A stretch of DNA of 64,000 nt from an uncultured Acidobacteriota bacterium. Lineage in GTDB: Bacteria > Acidobacteriota > Thermoanaerobaculia > Multivoradales > UBA5704. Below are positions 1 through 9,454 of this stretch, one piece after another. The position numbers and the translations under genes are program-made. The notes under the pieces were generated by a model, which was given only the letters and a program-made list of their open reading frames with translations, did no database searches and was not told where the DNA came from. Every line of letters starts with the position of its first letter. The first letter of the stretch is position 1. The stretch lies in assembly GCA_963770895.1 (NCBI GenBank), contig CAVYRF010000002.1, forward strand, positions 5,312,001 to 5,376,000, in the 5' to 3' direction.

Positions 1-605
1 GTGCCGCGGGTGCCGCTGATGACCAGCCAGCGGTTGCCGGTCAGGACGTTGAGCGTCGAGATGATGCCGCCGGCCCAGTAGGCGCGCTCGCCCAGGTTGG
101 GGACGTTTTCGGGCGCCTGACCCGCGATGCTTTGCGACATCGCGTGGGCGTGCTCGAAGTCGGCGCGCGTCTCCTCCGCGGTCTTGCGCTGCAGGACCAG
201 CAGCGACACCACCCTGGCGGGCGGGCCGGCCACCGACACGTAGCCGCAGCGCGCCGCCACCTTGCCGGCGGTGCCGAACTCGACGTGGGTGATCGGCGGC
301 TTCACCGGGCCGCCCAGCAGCGCCTCGGCGTCGTCCTGGGTGAGCAGGTCGCAGGCGGGGTTGATGGCGGTCTTCATGCCGGCCGGGAGCGGTCCCCTGG
401 GCGTCTGGGAATCGCCGATCGTCGGCGGCGGCTGGTGGCGATGGCAGCCGCCGAGCGCGACCGTCAGAGCCATCAGAGCCATCAGAGCCAGCAGAGGCAG
501 CAGAGCCAGAAGGGCCGGCCGCGCCAGGAGCGCCGGCAGGGCAGGCAGCGCCGGCAATGCGGGCAATGCCGGCAGCCATCGCTTGCGGGAAGGGGTCGTA
601 TGCAT
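1..605 (-). CDS. Putative lipoprotein, runs off the window edge; paralog of 2058-2696
   Basis: Translated by hand: MHTTPSRKRW(LPA)n...TVALGGC lipobox, then NPACDLLTQDDAEALLGG...CGY...LGERAYWAGG. Not in the ORF track because its stop is outside the window. Confidence 0.75.
   Translation of the reverse strand, partial: MHTTPSRKRWLPALPALPALPALPALLARPALLALLPLLALMALMALTVALGGCHRHQPPPTIGDSQTPRGPLPAGMKTAINPACDLLTQDDAEALLGGPVKPPITHVEFGTAGKVAARCGYVSVAGPPARVVSLLVLQRKTAEETRADFEHAHAMSQSIAGQAPENVPNLGERAYWAGGIISTLNVLTGNRWLVISGTRG
465..576 (-). repeat. 9-bp imperfect tandem repeats encoding (LPA)n and (ALM)n in an extended signal peptide
   Basis: Plus-strand units cagagccat x2-3 and ggcaatgcc/ggcagcgcc-like units. 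Confidence 0.7.
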
Positions 606-609
606 GGCG

Positions 610-2061
610 TTATCGTCCCGGCGCGGCGGCTGGCGCGGTGGGCGCCAGCGCCCGCACCAGCTCAGGGAAGCTGTCGAAGTCGTCGGCGCTGGATTGCTGG
701 GAGGTGTCGCGCATCTGGCGCACGGCGACCAGGTTGGCGCCGGGGATGACCACGATGTACTGCCCGAGGTAGCCGTTGGCGTCAAAGCCGTAGGCCGGAC
801 CGGCCTGGACCTTCGGTGTCGGCAGGTCGCGGCCGGCCACGTTGTGCACCCACATCGCGCCCGCCTGTTCGTGGCCGAACGCGCGGTCGAGGGTGTTGAA
901 CAGTTCGTCGCGCGCGATGTCGCGCCCGGCAAGCGGCGTCACCGCCGCCAGGAACGCGGGGTCCGCGCCGCCGCGCCGCCAGGTGTCGAGCAGTGCCTGG
1001 TCGATGCGCATCCTGGTCCACTCGGGCAGCACCCACCACAGCAGTCCGCCGGTCGGCACATAGGGCTGGGCGGTGTGCACCGCCTCGCTGACGAAGGCCG
1101 GCGAAACCAGGCGCTTGCCGGCGTAGGTGCCGCCCTGGAGCATCAGCTGGCCGATGCGCGCGGCGTCCAGGGCGTCCAGCTGCAAGCCGGCCATGACGTG
1201 CGGATTGCCGGACGGGTCGCGCATCCACGAGAAGCGGGTGATGCCCAGCGGCGCGAAGATTTCGTCCTTCATGTAGACGTCGAGCTTGCGGCCGCTCGCC
1301 TTCTCGACGATGCCGGCGAGCAGGTTGACCGCCTTGTTGTTGTAGAAAAAGTGGCTGCCGGGGAAGTGCGCCAGGTCGGCGTCGAGGGCGAGCTGCACCA
1401 GGTTGGGCGAGGCGTAGACCTCTTCGGCGCTCGCCTGGGCCTGGATGCCGGACGTCTGATTCATCAGCTGGCGCAGGGTGATCGGCTGCTTGGAGGTTTT
1501 TTGCCACTGCGGGTACCAGGTGGCGACCAGCTGGTCGAGCGAGCGGATGCGCCCGGTTTCGAGCAGGCGTCCGATGGCCAGCGCGGCCACCGACTTGGTT
1601 GCCGACATCAGCTCGATCGGCGCCGCCGCCTTGCCGAACCGCTGGTTGGCGACCAGGCGTCCGTCCTTCAACACCACCACGGCGTCCGAATGGAAGAACC
1701 GCGCCCGCAGCATCAGGTGGGTAAACGCCTCCGCATCCAGCCCGGCGCTCCTGGCGTCGGGAAAGGCGGGCAGCATCGGATCGGGGCCGGACGGCCGCGG
1801 CAGCGTGTAGTCCTCGTAAGCGTGGGGCACGCGCAGCGCCGCCGGCACCTGGTCGGACATCGCCGCGGCACCGCCGCCGCCAGGGGCGGGGGCGGCGGAA
1901 GGCGAGACGCCGCCGGCCGGTTGGCCCGCCGGCTGGGCGATGGCCGCGGCGGCGGCGCGTGCGTCGATCACGGAATCCGGTAAGCCCGGCAGAATGGCGG
2001 CAAGCGCCGCAAAGGCGGCTGCCGCCAGCGGCGCGGCCAGCCAACGGTGGCGAACGGTCAT
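610..2061 (-). CDS. Secreted serine hydrolase, beta-lactamase class C/AmpC-like family
   Basis: SATK (SxxK) and YNN (YxN) motifs, GYLGQY near the C-terminus, signal peptide; ATG 2061 follows a GGAGA RBS. Confidence 0.88.
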   Translation of the reverse strand: MTVRHRWLAAPLAAAAFAALAAILPGLPDSVIDARAAAAAIAQPAGQPAGGVSPSAAPAPGGGGAAAMSDQVPAALRVPHAYEDYTLPRPSGPDPMLPAFPDARSAGLDAEAFTHLMLRARFFHSDAVVVLKDGRLVANQRFGKAAAPIELMSATKSVAALAIGRLLETGRIRSLDQLVATWYPQWQKTSKQPITLRQLMNQTSGIQAQASAEEVYASPNLVQLALDADLAHFPGSHFFYNNKAVNLLAGIVEKASGRKLDVYMKDEIFAPLGITRFSWMRDPSGNPHVMAGLQLDALDAARIGQLMLQGGTYAGKRLVSPAFVSEAVHTAQPYVPTGGLLWWVLPEWTRMRIDQALLDTWRRGGADPAFLAAVTPLAGRDIARDELFNTLDRAFGHEQAGAMWVHNVAGRDLPTPKVQAGPAYGFDANGYLGQYIVVIPGANLVAVRQMRDTSQQSSADDFDSFPELVRALAPTAPAAAPGR

Positions 2062-2696
2062 GATTTCTCCCTGGGTGTCTGCGGTGGCGCCGAGCCGGCG
2101 GCTGGTGGGCGGGCGGCTGGCGGGGCAGCATGCGGCCGTGCCGGGGCGGGGTGCGCCAGGCGGGCCAGGACGCGCGCCGCCAGCCCCTGCGCCGCGCGCT
2201 GCTGGTCCTGGTCGAGCTGCGCCGTGACGATCAGCACCAGGTTGCCGCGCAGCACGTGCAGCTGATCGATCTGGCCGCCCACCCAGAAGGCGCCTTCGCC
2301 CAGCCCCTGCACGTCTACCACCGGTGCCGCCGGGCCGAGCGAGCGCAGGCCGGCTTGCGTCGCCTCCTGCCGCTCCGCCGCCTGTTCGACGCTGGCCGAC
2401 TGCCGCACCGCCAGGCTGATCACCTTGGGCGGCTGTCCGGCGAGCGCGTAGGTGCACAGCGACGGGTCCCTGCCGACCGCGTCGTCGAGCGTGCTGCTGA
2501 GCGATCCCGCCACGTCCCTGGTGACCGTTTCGACGTCCTTGGACGTCAACAGCTGGCACGCATCCGGCGGCGGCACGATCGCCGCCGGCGCTGCGTGCCC
2601 GCCGCCGCACCCCAGGGCAGCGCCCCACAGCACGCCCGCCGCCATCGCCAGGCCGGCCCGAACCATCGCTCCCGCTGATCTGTGGGTGGCGCTCAT
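2058..2696 (-). CDS. Putative lipoprotein (DUF3558-like)
   Basis: ALGC lipobox; DACQLLT...CTY...GLGEGAFWVGG, matching the paralog at 1-605; its stop overlaps the next ATG. Confidence 0.7.
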   Translation of the reverse strand: MSATHRSAGAMVRAGLAMAAGVLWGAALGCGGGHAAPAAIVPPPDACQLLTSKDVETVTRDVAGSLSSTLDDAVGRDPSLCTYALAGQPPKVISLAVRQSASVEQAAERQEATQAGLRSLGPAAPVVDVQGLGEGAFWVGGQIDQLHVLRGNLVLIVTAQLDQDQQRAAQGLAARVLARLAHPAPARPHAAPPAARPPAAGSAPPQTPREKS

Positions 2697-2858
2697 CGTC
2701 GCTCGTTTCCGCCGTTCGCGGCGCCCCATTCTAAGTGGCGCGCGCCCCGATGGGAACCGCTGCGGGCCACTGGACACGGGTGCCGCCCTGGCAGGTCGTG
2801 GATCGACCTGCCCGGACGGCGGGAATCGGGGACGGTGGCGGGGAGGACTGCTAATGTT

Positions 2859-3017
2859 TTAGCAGGCGCTACAGGAGCGGCTCTGGATCGTGGTCTGCAC
2901 GCACACGGGAGTATCGGTGACGCAGCAGGCGGAGCCGAAGCCTGCCGTCACGACGCCGGACTCCAGGCTGTGGATGGTTTCCCGCGAAAGCCGCAAACTC
3001 ATCTGATTCTTCTTCAT
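2859..3017 (-). CDS. 52-aa lanthipeptide/RiPP-like precursor peptide
   Basis: MKKNQMSLRLSRETIHSLESGVVTAGFGSACCVTDTPVCVQTTIQSRSCSAC*; strong RBS AAGGAGA; AT-rich upstream region; LxLSRETIxxL leader and Cys/Ser/Thr-rich core. Confidence 0.78.
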   Translation of the reverse strand: MKKNQMSLRLSRETIHSLESGVVTAGFGSACCVTDTPVCVQTTIQSRSCSAC

Positions 3018-3431
3018 TTTACATCTCCTTTTTTCAACTCAGGATCATTCCTGAGCAGGGTCCAAAGTGCCAGTTATTAATACGTACGGGGTTGTAAATT
3101 CGTTTGGTTGTGGTAATCATCATGTTTTATGTAGACGATCAATATGCCATGACTATACCACCATCTGAGAACACAGAAAACCATCCAGGTGCGGGAGCGG
3201 CCAGGAGCGTCCGGGGCCGGTGCCTGGGGCGGCCGGGGCGCATCCAGGAGCGGCGCCTGAGGTGCGGGCCGGGCGCGTCCTAGACCGGCGCCTGGGGGGC
3301 GGGCCGGCGCGGCATGGATCGGCGACCGGCGCCGGCCGGGCCAGACCCGCAAAAGCAGGGGGCTACCGCTGCGTGCGCTGGGCCGGATCGTGTGGCGCGG
3401 GAGGCGGCGGTGCGGCTAAGATGCCGGCACT

Positions 3432-3884
3432 ATGAAAGTGCGCACTTGCAACCAGTCGGACGCGCCGGCGATCGCGGCGCTGGCGGTGGAGCTGGGGTAT
3501 CCCAACGATGCCGCCCAGGTGGCGCCGCGTCTGGCCAGCTTGATGGCGCGGCAGGATGACACGGTGTTGGTGGCGGAAGTGGACGCGGCTGACGGCGGCG
3601 CGCCGGCGGGTGCGGTCGTCGGATGGCTCCACCTGCGCGAGGAGCGCTCGGTGGTCAGCGAGCCGGTGGCTGAGATCGCCGGCTTTGTCGTGGCGAGCAG
3701 CCACCGCGGCAGGGGGATCGGCAAGGCGCTGCTGGGCGCCGCCGTCGCCTGGGCCGAGGCGCGAGGGATCGGCAGGGTGCGGGTGCACAGCAACATGGTG
3801 CGCACCGAAGCGCACAGCTGGTACCGCGCCGCCGGCTTCGCCCTGCAGAAGACCCAGGGAGTGCTGATCCGCAACACGGTCTGA
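3432..3884 (+). CDS. GNAT family N-acetyltransferase
   Basis: RGRGIGKALL acetyl-CoA motif; AHSWYRAAGF. Confidence 0.9.
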   Translation: MKVRTCNQSDAPAIAALAVELGYPNDAAQVAPRLASLMARQDDTVLVAEVDAADGGAPAGAVVGWLHLREERSVVSEPVAEIAGFVVASSHRGRGIGKALLGAAVAWAEARGIGRVRVHSNMVRTEAHSWYRAAGFALQKTQGVLIRNTV

Positions 3885-3906
3885 ACGGGCGGCGCCGTTC
3901 AGCGGT

Positions 3907-5658
3907 TCAGAGGTAGCCCAGGGAGTGCAGCAGGTCGCGGGTCTTGGGGTCCATCGGCTGCCGCCACTGGTTGGGGCCGCAGGTGGCGGACGGCGGGTCG
4001 GTTTCGACGTCGAACTTGGGAGCGTTCTGGCGGCTCCACAGGGCGCGGGTCAGGCGCTCCAGGTCGGCGGGAAAGCGGTCGGCGACGTTGGTGGTCTCCC
4101 CCGGATCGTGCAGCAGATCGTAGAGGGTGAAGCGCACGCCTTCGCCGCCGATCCAGCGCTGCTCGGTGCGGGTCTGGGCCAGGATCAGCTTGAAGCGCTC
4201 ATCGCGGACGATCTTTTGCCACTTGTCGTTGGTTTCCCAGCCGGCTTCTGAAAAGGCCAGGCCGGGGTGCTCGGGCGGCGGCGTGGAAGCCGATGCGACC
4301 CCCGCGGCAACCGCCGCCGGCATGGTGGGGGAGGCCGGCGGCGGCGGCGCCAGGCCGCGCAGGCGCGGCGTCAGCGACCGCCCCTGCTTCCAGACGCCGC
4401 CCGGCAGGGCGACGCCCGCCGCCTCGAGCAGCGTCGGCGCGACGTTGATCAGCTCCACCGGCGCGCGGTCGACGCGCGGCGCCAGCACGCCGGGATACGA
4501 CAGGATGAGCGGCACGCGCAGGCAGGTCTGAAAGCCGAAGCGGCCGTGATCGAAGTAGTACTGGTGCTCCCCCAGCGATTCGCCGTGGTCGGCGGTGAAG
4601 GCGGTCAGGGTGTGGGCCAGCAGCCCGCGCTGCTGCATCTGATCCAGCAGCCGGCCGATCTGCGCGTCGTCGTAGGCGATGGCGGCGTCGTAGCGGGCGA
4701 CGTAGAAGGGCAGATCGTGGTGACCTTCCAGCACCTGGTCGCGGCCGATGCCGCCCATCTGCAGCGTCGGCCGGTCGCCGACGAAGAGCTTCTGGGAGCG
4801 GTCGAAGTAGCGGTCGCCCTGGAAGCGATTGCGCCAGGCGCCGGGCGGCCGGTAGGGGAAGTGCGGGTCCAGGTAGTGCACCCAGAGGAAATACGGCTTG
4901 CCGGCGTGCGCCATGCCGTCGAGCAGGCCGATCGCCAGATTGGTCACCGCTTCGGCGCGGTTGGGGTCGGCGTCGCCGTGCACCGGCAGCTTCCAGGTTT
5001 CGATGTAGCTGTCAAAGCCCTGGTTGAACAGGAACTCCTTGCCCAGCGCGCCGTTGGCGACCACGGCCTGGGTCGAGTAGCCCTGCCGCTGCAGCACTTC
5101 GGCCAGCATCTCGAAGCCGCAGGAGACCGGGATGCCGACGCGGCGGACGATGCCGTTGTCCTTGGAATAGGTGGCGGTGAACAGCGAGGCGAACGACGGC
5201 GTGGTCTTGGGCCACTGCACGCTGGGCTGGTCGAAGCGTACGCCCGCCGCGGCCAGGCGGTCCAGGTTGGGCGACGTCGCCCGCGGATAGCCGTAGCTGG
5301 ACAGGTGGTCGGCGCGCAGGGTGTCGACGGTGATCAGCAGGATGTTGCTGCGCGCCGGCAGCGGCGGTACCGCCGGGGCCTGGGGCGCCGCGGCGCCTGC
5401 CGGGGCGTTCGCCGTGGCGGTGGCGGTCGTGCCGTGGCGCTGGCCGCAGGCGGTGAGAACCGCCAGGAGCAGACCAGGAACCAGAGCCAATGCCAGGGCC
5501 GGCACCGCCGCCGCGGCGCGCAGCGAGCTGCACAAGCCGCGGGTCGCCGACGCCGCGACGGGCGCACCCGCGCCGCCTTCTGCCTGCGCCCGGACGCGGC
5601 ATGGCCGTGTGGCGCCGCGGGCAGTCGCGGCGCCTGTCGTCCGCCGTCCTTGCGGCAT
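3907..5658 (-). CDS. Sulfatase-like hydrolase (alkaline phosphatase superfamily), probable lipoprotein
   Basis: NILLITVDTLRADHL, HYLDPH, TADHGE motifs; VLTAC lipobox; the nucleophile motif reads TTPSF instead of C/SxPxR. Confidence 0.85.
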   Translation of the reverse strand: MPQGRRTTGAATARGATRPCRVRAQAEGGAGAPVAASATRGLCSSLRAAAAVPALALALVPGLLLAVLTACGQRHGTTATATANAPAGAAAPQAPAVPPLPARSNILLITVDTLRADHLSSYGYPRATSPNLDRLAAAGVRFDQPSVQWPKTTPSFASLFTATYSKDNGIVRRVGIPVSCGFEMLAEVLQRQGYSTQAVVANGALGKEFLFNQGFDSYIETWKLPVHGDADPNRAEAVTNLAIGLLDGMAHAGKPYFLWVHYLDPHFPYRPPGAWRNRFQGDRYFDRSQKLFVGDRPTLQMGGIGRDQVLEGHHDLPFYVARYDAAIAYDDAQIGRLLDQMQQRGLLAHTLTAFTADHGESLGEHQYYFDHGRFGFQTCLRVPLILSYPGVLAPRVDRAPVELINVAPTLLEAAGVALPGGVWKQGRSLTPRLRGLAPPPPASPTMPAAVAAGVASASTPPPEHPGLAFSEAGWETNDKWQKIVRDERFKLILAQTRTEQRWIGGEGVRFTLYDLLHDPGETTNVADRFPADLERLTRALWSRQNAPKFDVETDPPSATCGPNQWRQPMDPKTRDLLHSLGYL

Positions 5659-6746
5659 CAGCGGATGCGCCTCCGGCGGTGGCGGATGTAGTCGGCCAGG
5701 ATGAACTCGCCGAGGTTGTACGGCGAGGCGAAGTAGGCGCGGCCGCGGTTGATCTGGGTCAGCTTCTCCACGAACTGGGTGAGCATCGGGTCTGTCGCCA
5801 GCATGAAGGTGGTGATCACCACCTTCTGCCGGCGGCAGATGTCGGCCTCTTCCAGAGTGAGATTGACGATCCGCATGTCGAGCCCGAACGGGTTCTTGTA
5901 GATGTGCCCGTTTTCGGTGATCGCCGAGGGCTTGCCGTCGGTGACCAGGAAGATCTGCTTGTTGGGCTGCTTGCGGCGCGCCAGCAGGCTCCTGGCCAGC
6001 TGCAGCGCTTCCCGCGTGTTGGTGTGGTAGGGGCCGGCTTCGATGTAGGGGATGTCGGCCAGCGGCACTTCCTGCGCGCGGTCGCCGAACAGGATGACGC
6101 CCAGGTGGTCCTTGGGATAGCGCGTGGTGATCAGCTCGGTGAGCGCCAGCGCCACCGTCTTGGCGGGGGTGATGCGGTCCTCGCCGTAGAGGATCATCGA
6201 ATGGCTGATGTCGATCGCCACCACCGTGGCGCACGAGGTGAGGTGCTCGGTTTCGAAGACTTCGAGGTCTTCCTCGGCCAGGGCCAGCTCGCCCTTGGTG
6301 CGGCGCATGGCGTTTTCGAACGAGCGCGGCGCGTCGATCAGGTGCAGGTCGTCGCCGAAGGCGTAGGGGCGCGTTTCGGGCAGGCGTTCGATGCCTTCGC
6401 CGGCCTGCTGCACCGGGTGGTAGCCTGGGCCGGCGCGATCGAGGCCGGCGAAGATCTCTTCGAAGGCGCTGCGGCGGATGTGGCGCTCGCCGCCGCTGGT
6501 CAGCTGCAGCCCGCCCTCGGAGTCGCGGCCCACCAGGTCCTGGTCTTCGAGGGAAGCGAAGAACTTGTCCAGGTCCAGGCCCTCCGGCAGGTAGCCCTGG
6601 CGCTGCAGGTAGCGCATCCAGTCCATGGCTTCTTCGACGTTGCCGCCGGATGCCAGCACCAGCTGGTTGAAGAGACGCAGCAGGTCCAGGCCGGCCAGGA
6701 TCTGCCGGATCAGCTCGGGGTCGAGATAGAGGTACTGGTGGCGCAT
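5658..6746 (-). CDS. vWA domain-containing protein
   Basis: MIDAS DISHS, TNT, VTDGKP; coupled to the upstream AAA gene. Confidence 0.88.
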   Translation of the reverse strand: MRHQYLYLDPELIRQILAGLDLLRLFNQLVLASGGNVEEAMDWMRYLQRQGYLPEGLDLDKFFASLEDQDLVGRDSEGGLQLTSGGERHIRRSAFEEIFAGLDRAGPGYHPVQQAGEGIERLPETRPYAFGDDLHLIDAPRSFENAMRRTKGELALAEEDLEVFETEHLTSCATVVAIDISHSMILYGEDRITPAKTVALALTELITTRYPKDHLGVILFGDRAQEVPLADIPYIEAGPYHTNTREALQLARSLLARRKQPNKQIFLVTDGKPSAITENGHIYKNPFGLDMRIVNLTLEEADICRRQKVVITTFMLATDPMLTQFVEKLTQINRGRAYFASPYNLGEFILADYIRHRRRRIR

Positions 6747-8266
6747 CAGTTCACGTCGCCGCGCCCACCTCCGCCGCGCTTGCTGCCGCCGCGCGGTTTG
6801 AGCAGCTGGAACTTGACCATCTCTTTGTAGTTCACCTGGCTGTCCAGGTCGGCGCGCGCCAGCTTGAGGTGCTGGTGCAGCCCTTCGAGCACCAGCTCCG
6901 CGGCCAGCGCCCGCTCTTCGCGCTCGAGGTGGCCGGTGGAGTGGCGGGCGGCCATGTCGGTCAGGTTGGGCACGCGCCCGATCTCGGCTTCGTAGTCGGC
7001 GAACGATTGCTCGTCCGACAGGGTGATCGAGTTGCCCTCGGCAAACCAGTGAATGATCGCGGCGTAGGGCCCCTTGTCGTCTTCGCCGCCGCTGCCCAGC
7101 TCCTTGCCGACTTCGGGGAAGCGGCGGTCGAACGCCTTGCGGACGGCCTGGCCGATGAGGCGGCGCGCCACCACTTCGGCGCCCTGCTGCTCGCCTTCGT
7201 ACACCATTTCCACCTTGCCGGTGATGGCGGGCAGGAGCATCTGCAGGTCGCACAGGCGCGGATAGACCCGCGGGTCGCCGCTCGCCAGCGCCCGCCGTTC
7301 CAGGTTGGAGGCGAGCAGCTCCAGCGCCGAGATGGCGACGCGCGCGCTCACCCCCGAGGACTGGTCCACCAGGTCGCTTTCGCGCGCCGCGAAGCTGATC
7401 TCTTCGACCAGCAGGCGGAATTCGTCGGGGATGACGACATTGGCGACGCCGCGCTCGGTCCACGCTTCCTGCCGGGTGATGTCGGCGGCGATCTGCACGT
7501 CGGCCGGGTAGTGGGTGAGGATCTGCGACGAGATGCGGTCCTTGAGCGGCGTGATGATGCTGCCGCGGTTGGTGTAGTCCTCGGGGTTGGCCGAAAACAC
7601 CATCAGCAGGTCGAGCGGGATGCGCACCGGGAAGCCGCGGATCTGCAGGTCGCGCTCTTCGAGGATGTTGAACAGGCCGACCTGGATGCGCGGCGACAGG
7701 TCGGGCAGCTCGTTGATGGCGAAGATGCCGCGGTTGGTGCGCGGCACGATGCCGAAGTGGATGACTTCCGGGTCGGCAAAGGTGAGCTTGCGCGTCGCCG
7801 CCTTGATCGGATCGATGTCGCCCAGCAGGTCGGCGATCGAGACGTCGGGGGTGGCGAGCTTTTCGTTGTAGCGCTCGTCGCGGTGCAGCCATTCCACGGG
7901 AGCGTCGTCGCCGGCGGTTGCGACCAGGCGCTGGCCCGGCACCGAGATGGGCGCCAGCGGATCGTCGTTGAGCTCGGTGCCGGCGAGCACCGGGATCTGC
8001 TCGTCGAGCAAGGTGACCAGCGAGCGCAGCAGGCGCGTCTTGGCCTGGCCGCGCAGCCCCAGCAGGATGAAGTCGTGGCCGGCGAGCAGCGCGTTGGCAA
8101 CCGCCGGCAGCACGGTGCGGTCGTAGCCCAGCACGCCTGGGAACAGCGGTCCGCCTCCGGCCAGGCGCTCGCGCAGGTTGTCGCGCAGCTCCTGCTTGAC
8201 CGAGCGCGAGCGGTAACCCGTCGCCTTGAGAGCGCCGAGGGTCTTGATCCGGGACACTTTGGGCAT
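6746..8266 (-). CDS. Magnesium chelatase ChlI-like AAA+ ATPase
   Basis: Walker A variant GLRGQAKT, Walker B FAINELPDL, ANPEDYTNRG. Confidence 0.88.
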   Translation of the reverse strand: MPKVSRIKTLGALKATGYRSRSVKQELRDNLRERLAGGGPLFPGVLGYDRTVLPAVANALLAGHDFILLGLRGQAKTRLLRSLVTLLDEQIPVLAGTELNDDPLAPISVPGQRLVATAGDDAPVEWLHRDERYNEKLATPDVSIADLLGDIDPIKAATRKLTFADPEVIHFGIVPRTNRGIFAINELPDLSPRIQVGLFNILEERDLQIRGFPVRIPLDLLMVFSANPEDYTNRGSIITPLKDRISSQILTHYPADVQIAADITRQEAWTERGVANVVIPDEFRLLVEEISFAARESDLVDQSSGVSARVAISALELLASNLERRALASGDPRVYPRLCDLQMLLPAITGKVEMVYEGEQQGAEVVARRLIGQAVRKAFDRRFPEVGKELGSGGEDDKGPYAAIIHWFAEGNSITLSDEQSFADYEAEIGRVPNLTDMAARHSTGHLEREERALAAELVLEGLHQHLKLARADLDSQVNYKEMVKFQLLKPRGGSKRGGGGRGDVN

Positions 8267-9216
8267 CAGTCGTGAAGCTCCTCAAGCCAGCGTTCGGCGT
8301 CCAGGGCGGCGCGGCAGCCGGTGCCGGCGGCGGTGATCGCCTGGCGGTAGATCGGGTCCATGGCGTCACCGGCGGCGAAGACGCCGGGCAGGTTGGTCCT
8401 GCTGGTCGGCTCCTGGACGCGGATGTAGCCCATGTCGTTCATGTCCACCTGGCCGGCGAACAGGGCGGTGTTGGGTTGGTGGCCGATGGCGTAAAACACC
8501 CCCTGCGTGGGGTATTCGCTATCCAGGCCGGTCTTTTTGTTGTGCGTCTTGACCGCGGTGACGCCGTGATCGCGGGTACCCACGATGTCGGTCACCACGG
8601 TGTTCCAGATCCAGGCGATCTTGGAGTTGGCGAAGGCGCGATCCTGCATGATCTTGGAGGCGCGCAGCTCGTGGCGGCGATGGATCACGGTGACCTTGCT
8701 GGCGAACTTGGTCAGGTAGATGGCTTCTTCCATCGCCGAGTCGCCGCCGCCCAGGATGACCACTTCTTTATCACGGAAGAAGAAGCCGTCGCAGGTGGCG
8801 CACGCCGAAAGGCCGTAGCCCATGAGCTCGCGTTCCGCCGGCAGGCCGGCCAGCTTGGCGGTGGCGCCGGTGGCGACGATCACCGCGTCGGAGCGATAGG
8901 TGGTCTCATCGGTGCGGATGGTGAACGGGCGCTTGTGCAGGTCGATCTCCACCGCGGCGTCGAACTTCACCTGGGCGCCGAAGCGGCGCGCCTGCTCGCG
9001 CATGCGATCGACCAGCTCGGGCCCCAGGATGCCCTCGGGAAAGCCGGGGAAGTTTTCCACGTCGGTGGTGATGGTCAGCTGGCCGCCGGGCTGGTTGCCC
9101 TCCAGCACCAAGGGAGCCAGGTCGGCGCGGGCGGTGTACAGGGCTGCGGTCAGGCCGGCCGGCCCGGAGCCGAGGATGACGACCCGGTGGTAGGAGCCCT
9201 GATCGGGGTTGGACAT
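8266..9216 (-). CDS. trxB: Thioredoxin-disulfide reductase
   Basis: GSGPAG, CATCDG redox centre, GGGDSA, GVFAAGD. Confidence 0.96.
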   Translation of the reverse strand: MSNPDQGSYHRVVILGSGPAGLTAALYTARADLAPLVLEGNQPGGQLTITTDVENFPGFPEGILGPELVDRMREQARRFGAQVKFDAAVEIDLHKRPFTIRTDETTYRSDAVIVATGATAKLAGLPAERELMGYGLSACATCDGFFFRDKEVVILGGGDSAMEEAIYLTKFASKVTVIHRRHELRASKIMQDRAFANSKIAWIWNTVVTDIVGTRDHGVTAVKTHNKKTGLDSEYPTQGVFYAIGHQPNTALFAGQVDMNDMGYIRVQEPTSRTNLPGVFAAGDAMDPIYRQAITAAGTGCRAALDAERWLEELHD

Positions 9217-9454
9217 CGAGCGGAAATCTCCTCTGGGTGATCGCGGACGACGGTTCGGCAGGCGGAGCGAGTATACCAGCGCGGCTGGCGCGGTCGGCTG
9301 GGTTGGCTCGGGAACGCTGCGGGCGGAACCGCTGCTGACCGGTGCAACGGCCTCGCGGCAGCGGGAATTCCGCGATCGAACGGGTAGCCGGGGCTGGGCG
9401 GGCCCGGCAGGGGTGGGGTGTGGGGGTAGAATCGCCGCGGTAGAGGGGGGGACG

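Noticed and set aside
3185-3350. Three to four imperfect GC-rich units of about 33-35 bp upstream of the GNAT gene
   Set aside because: Too degenerate, with no unique spacers; likely low-complexity intergenic sequence.
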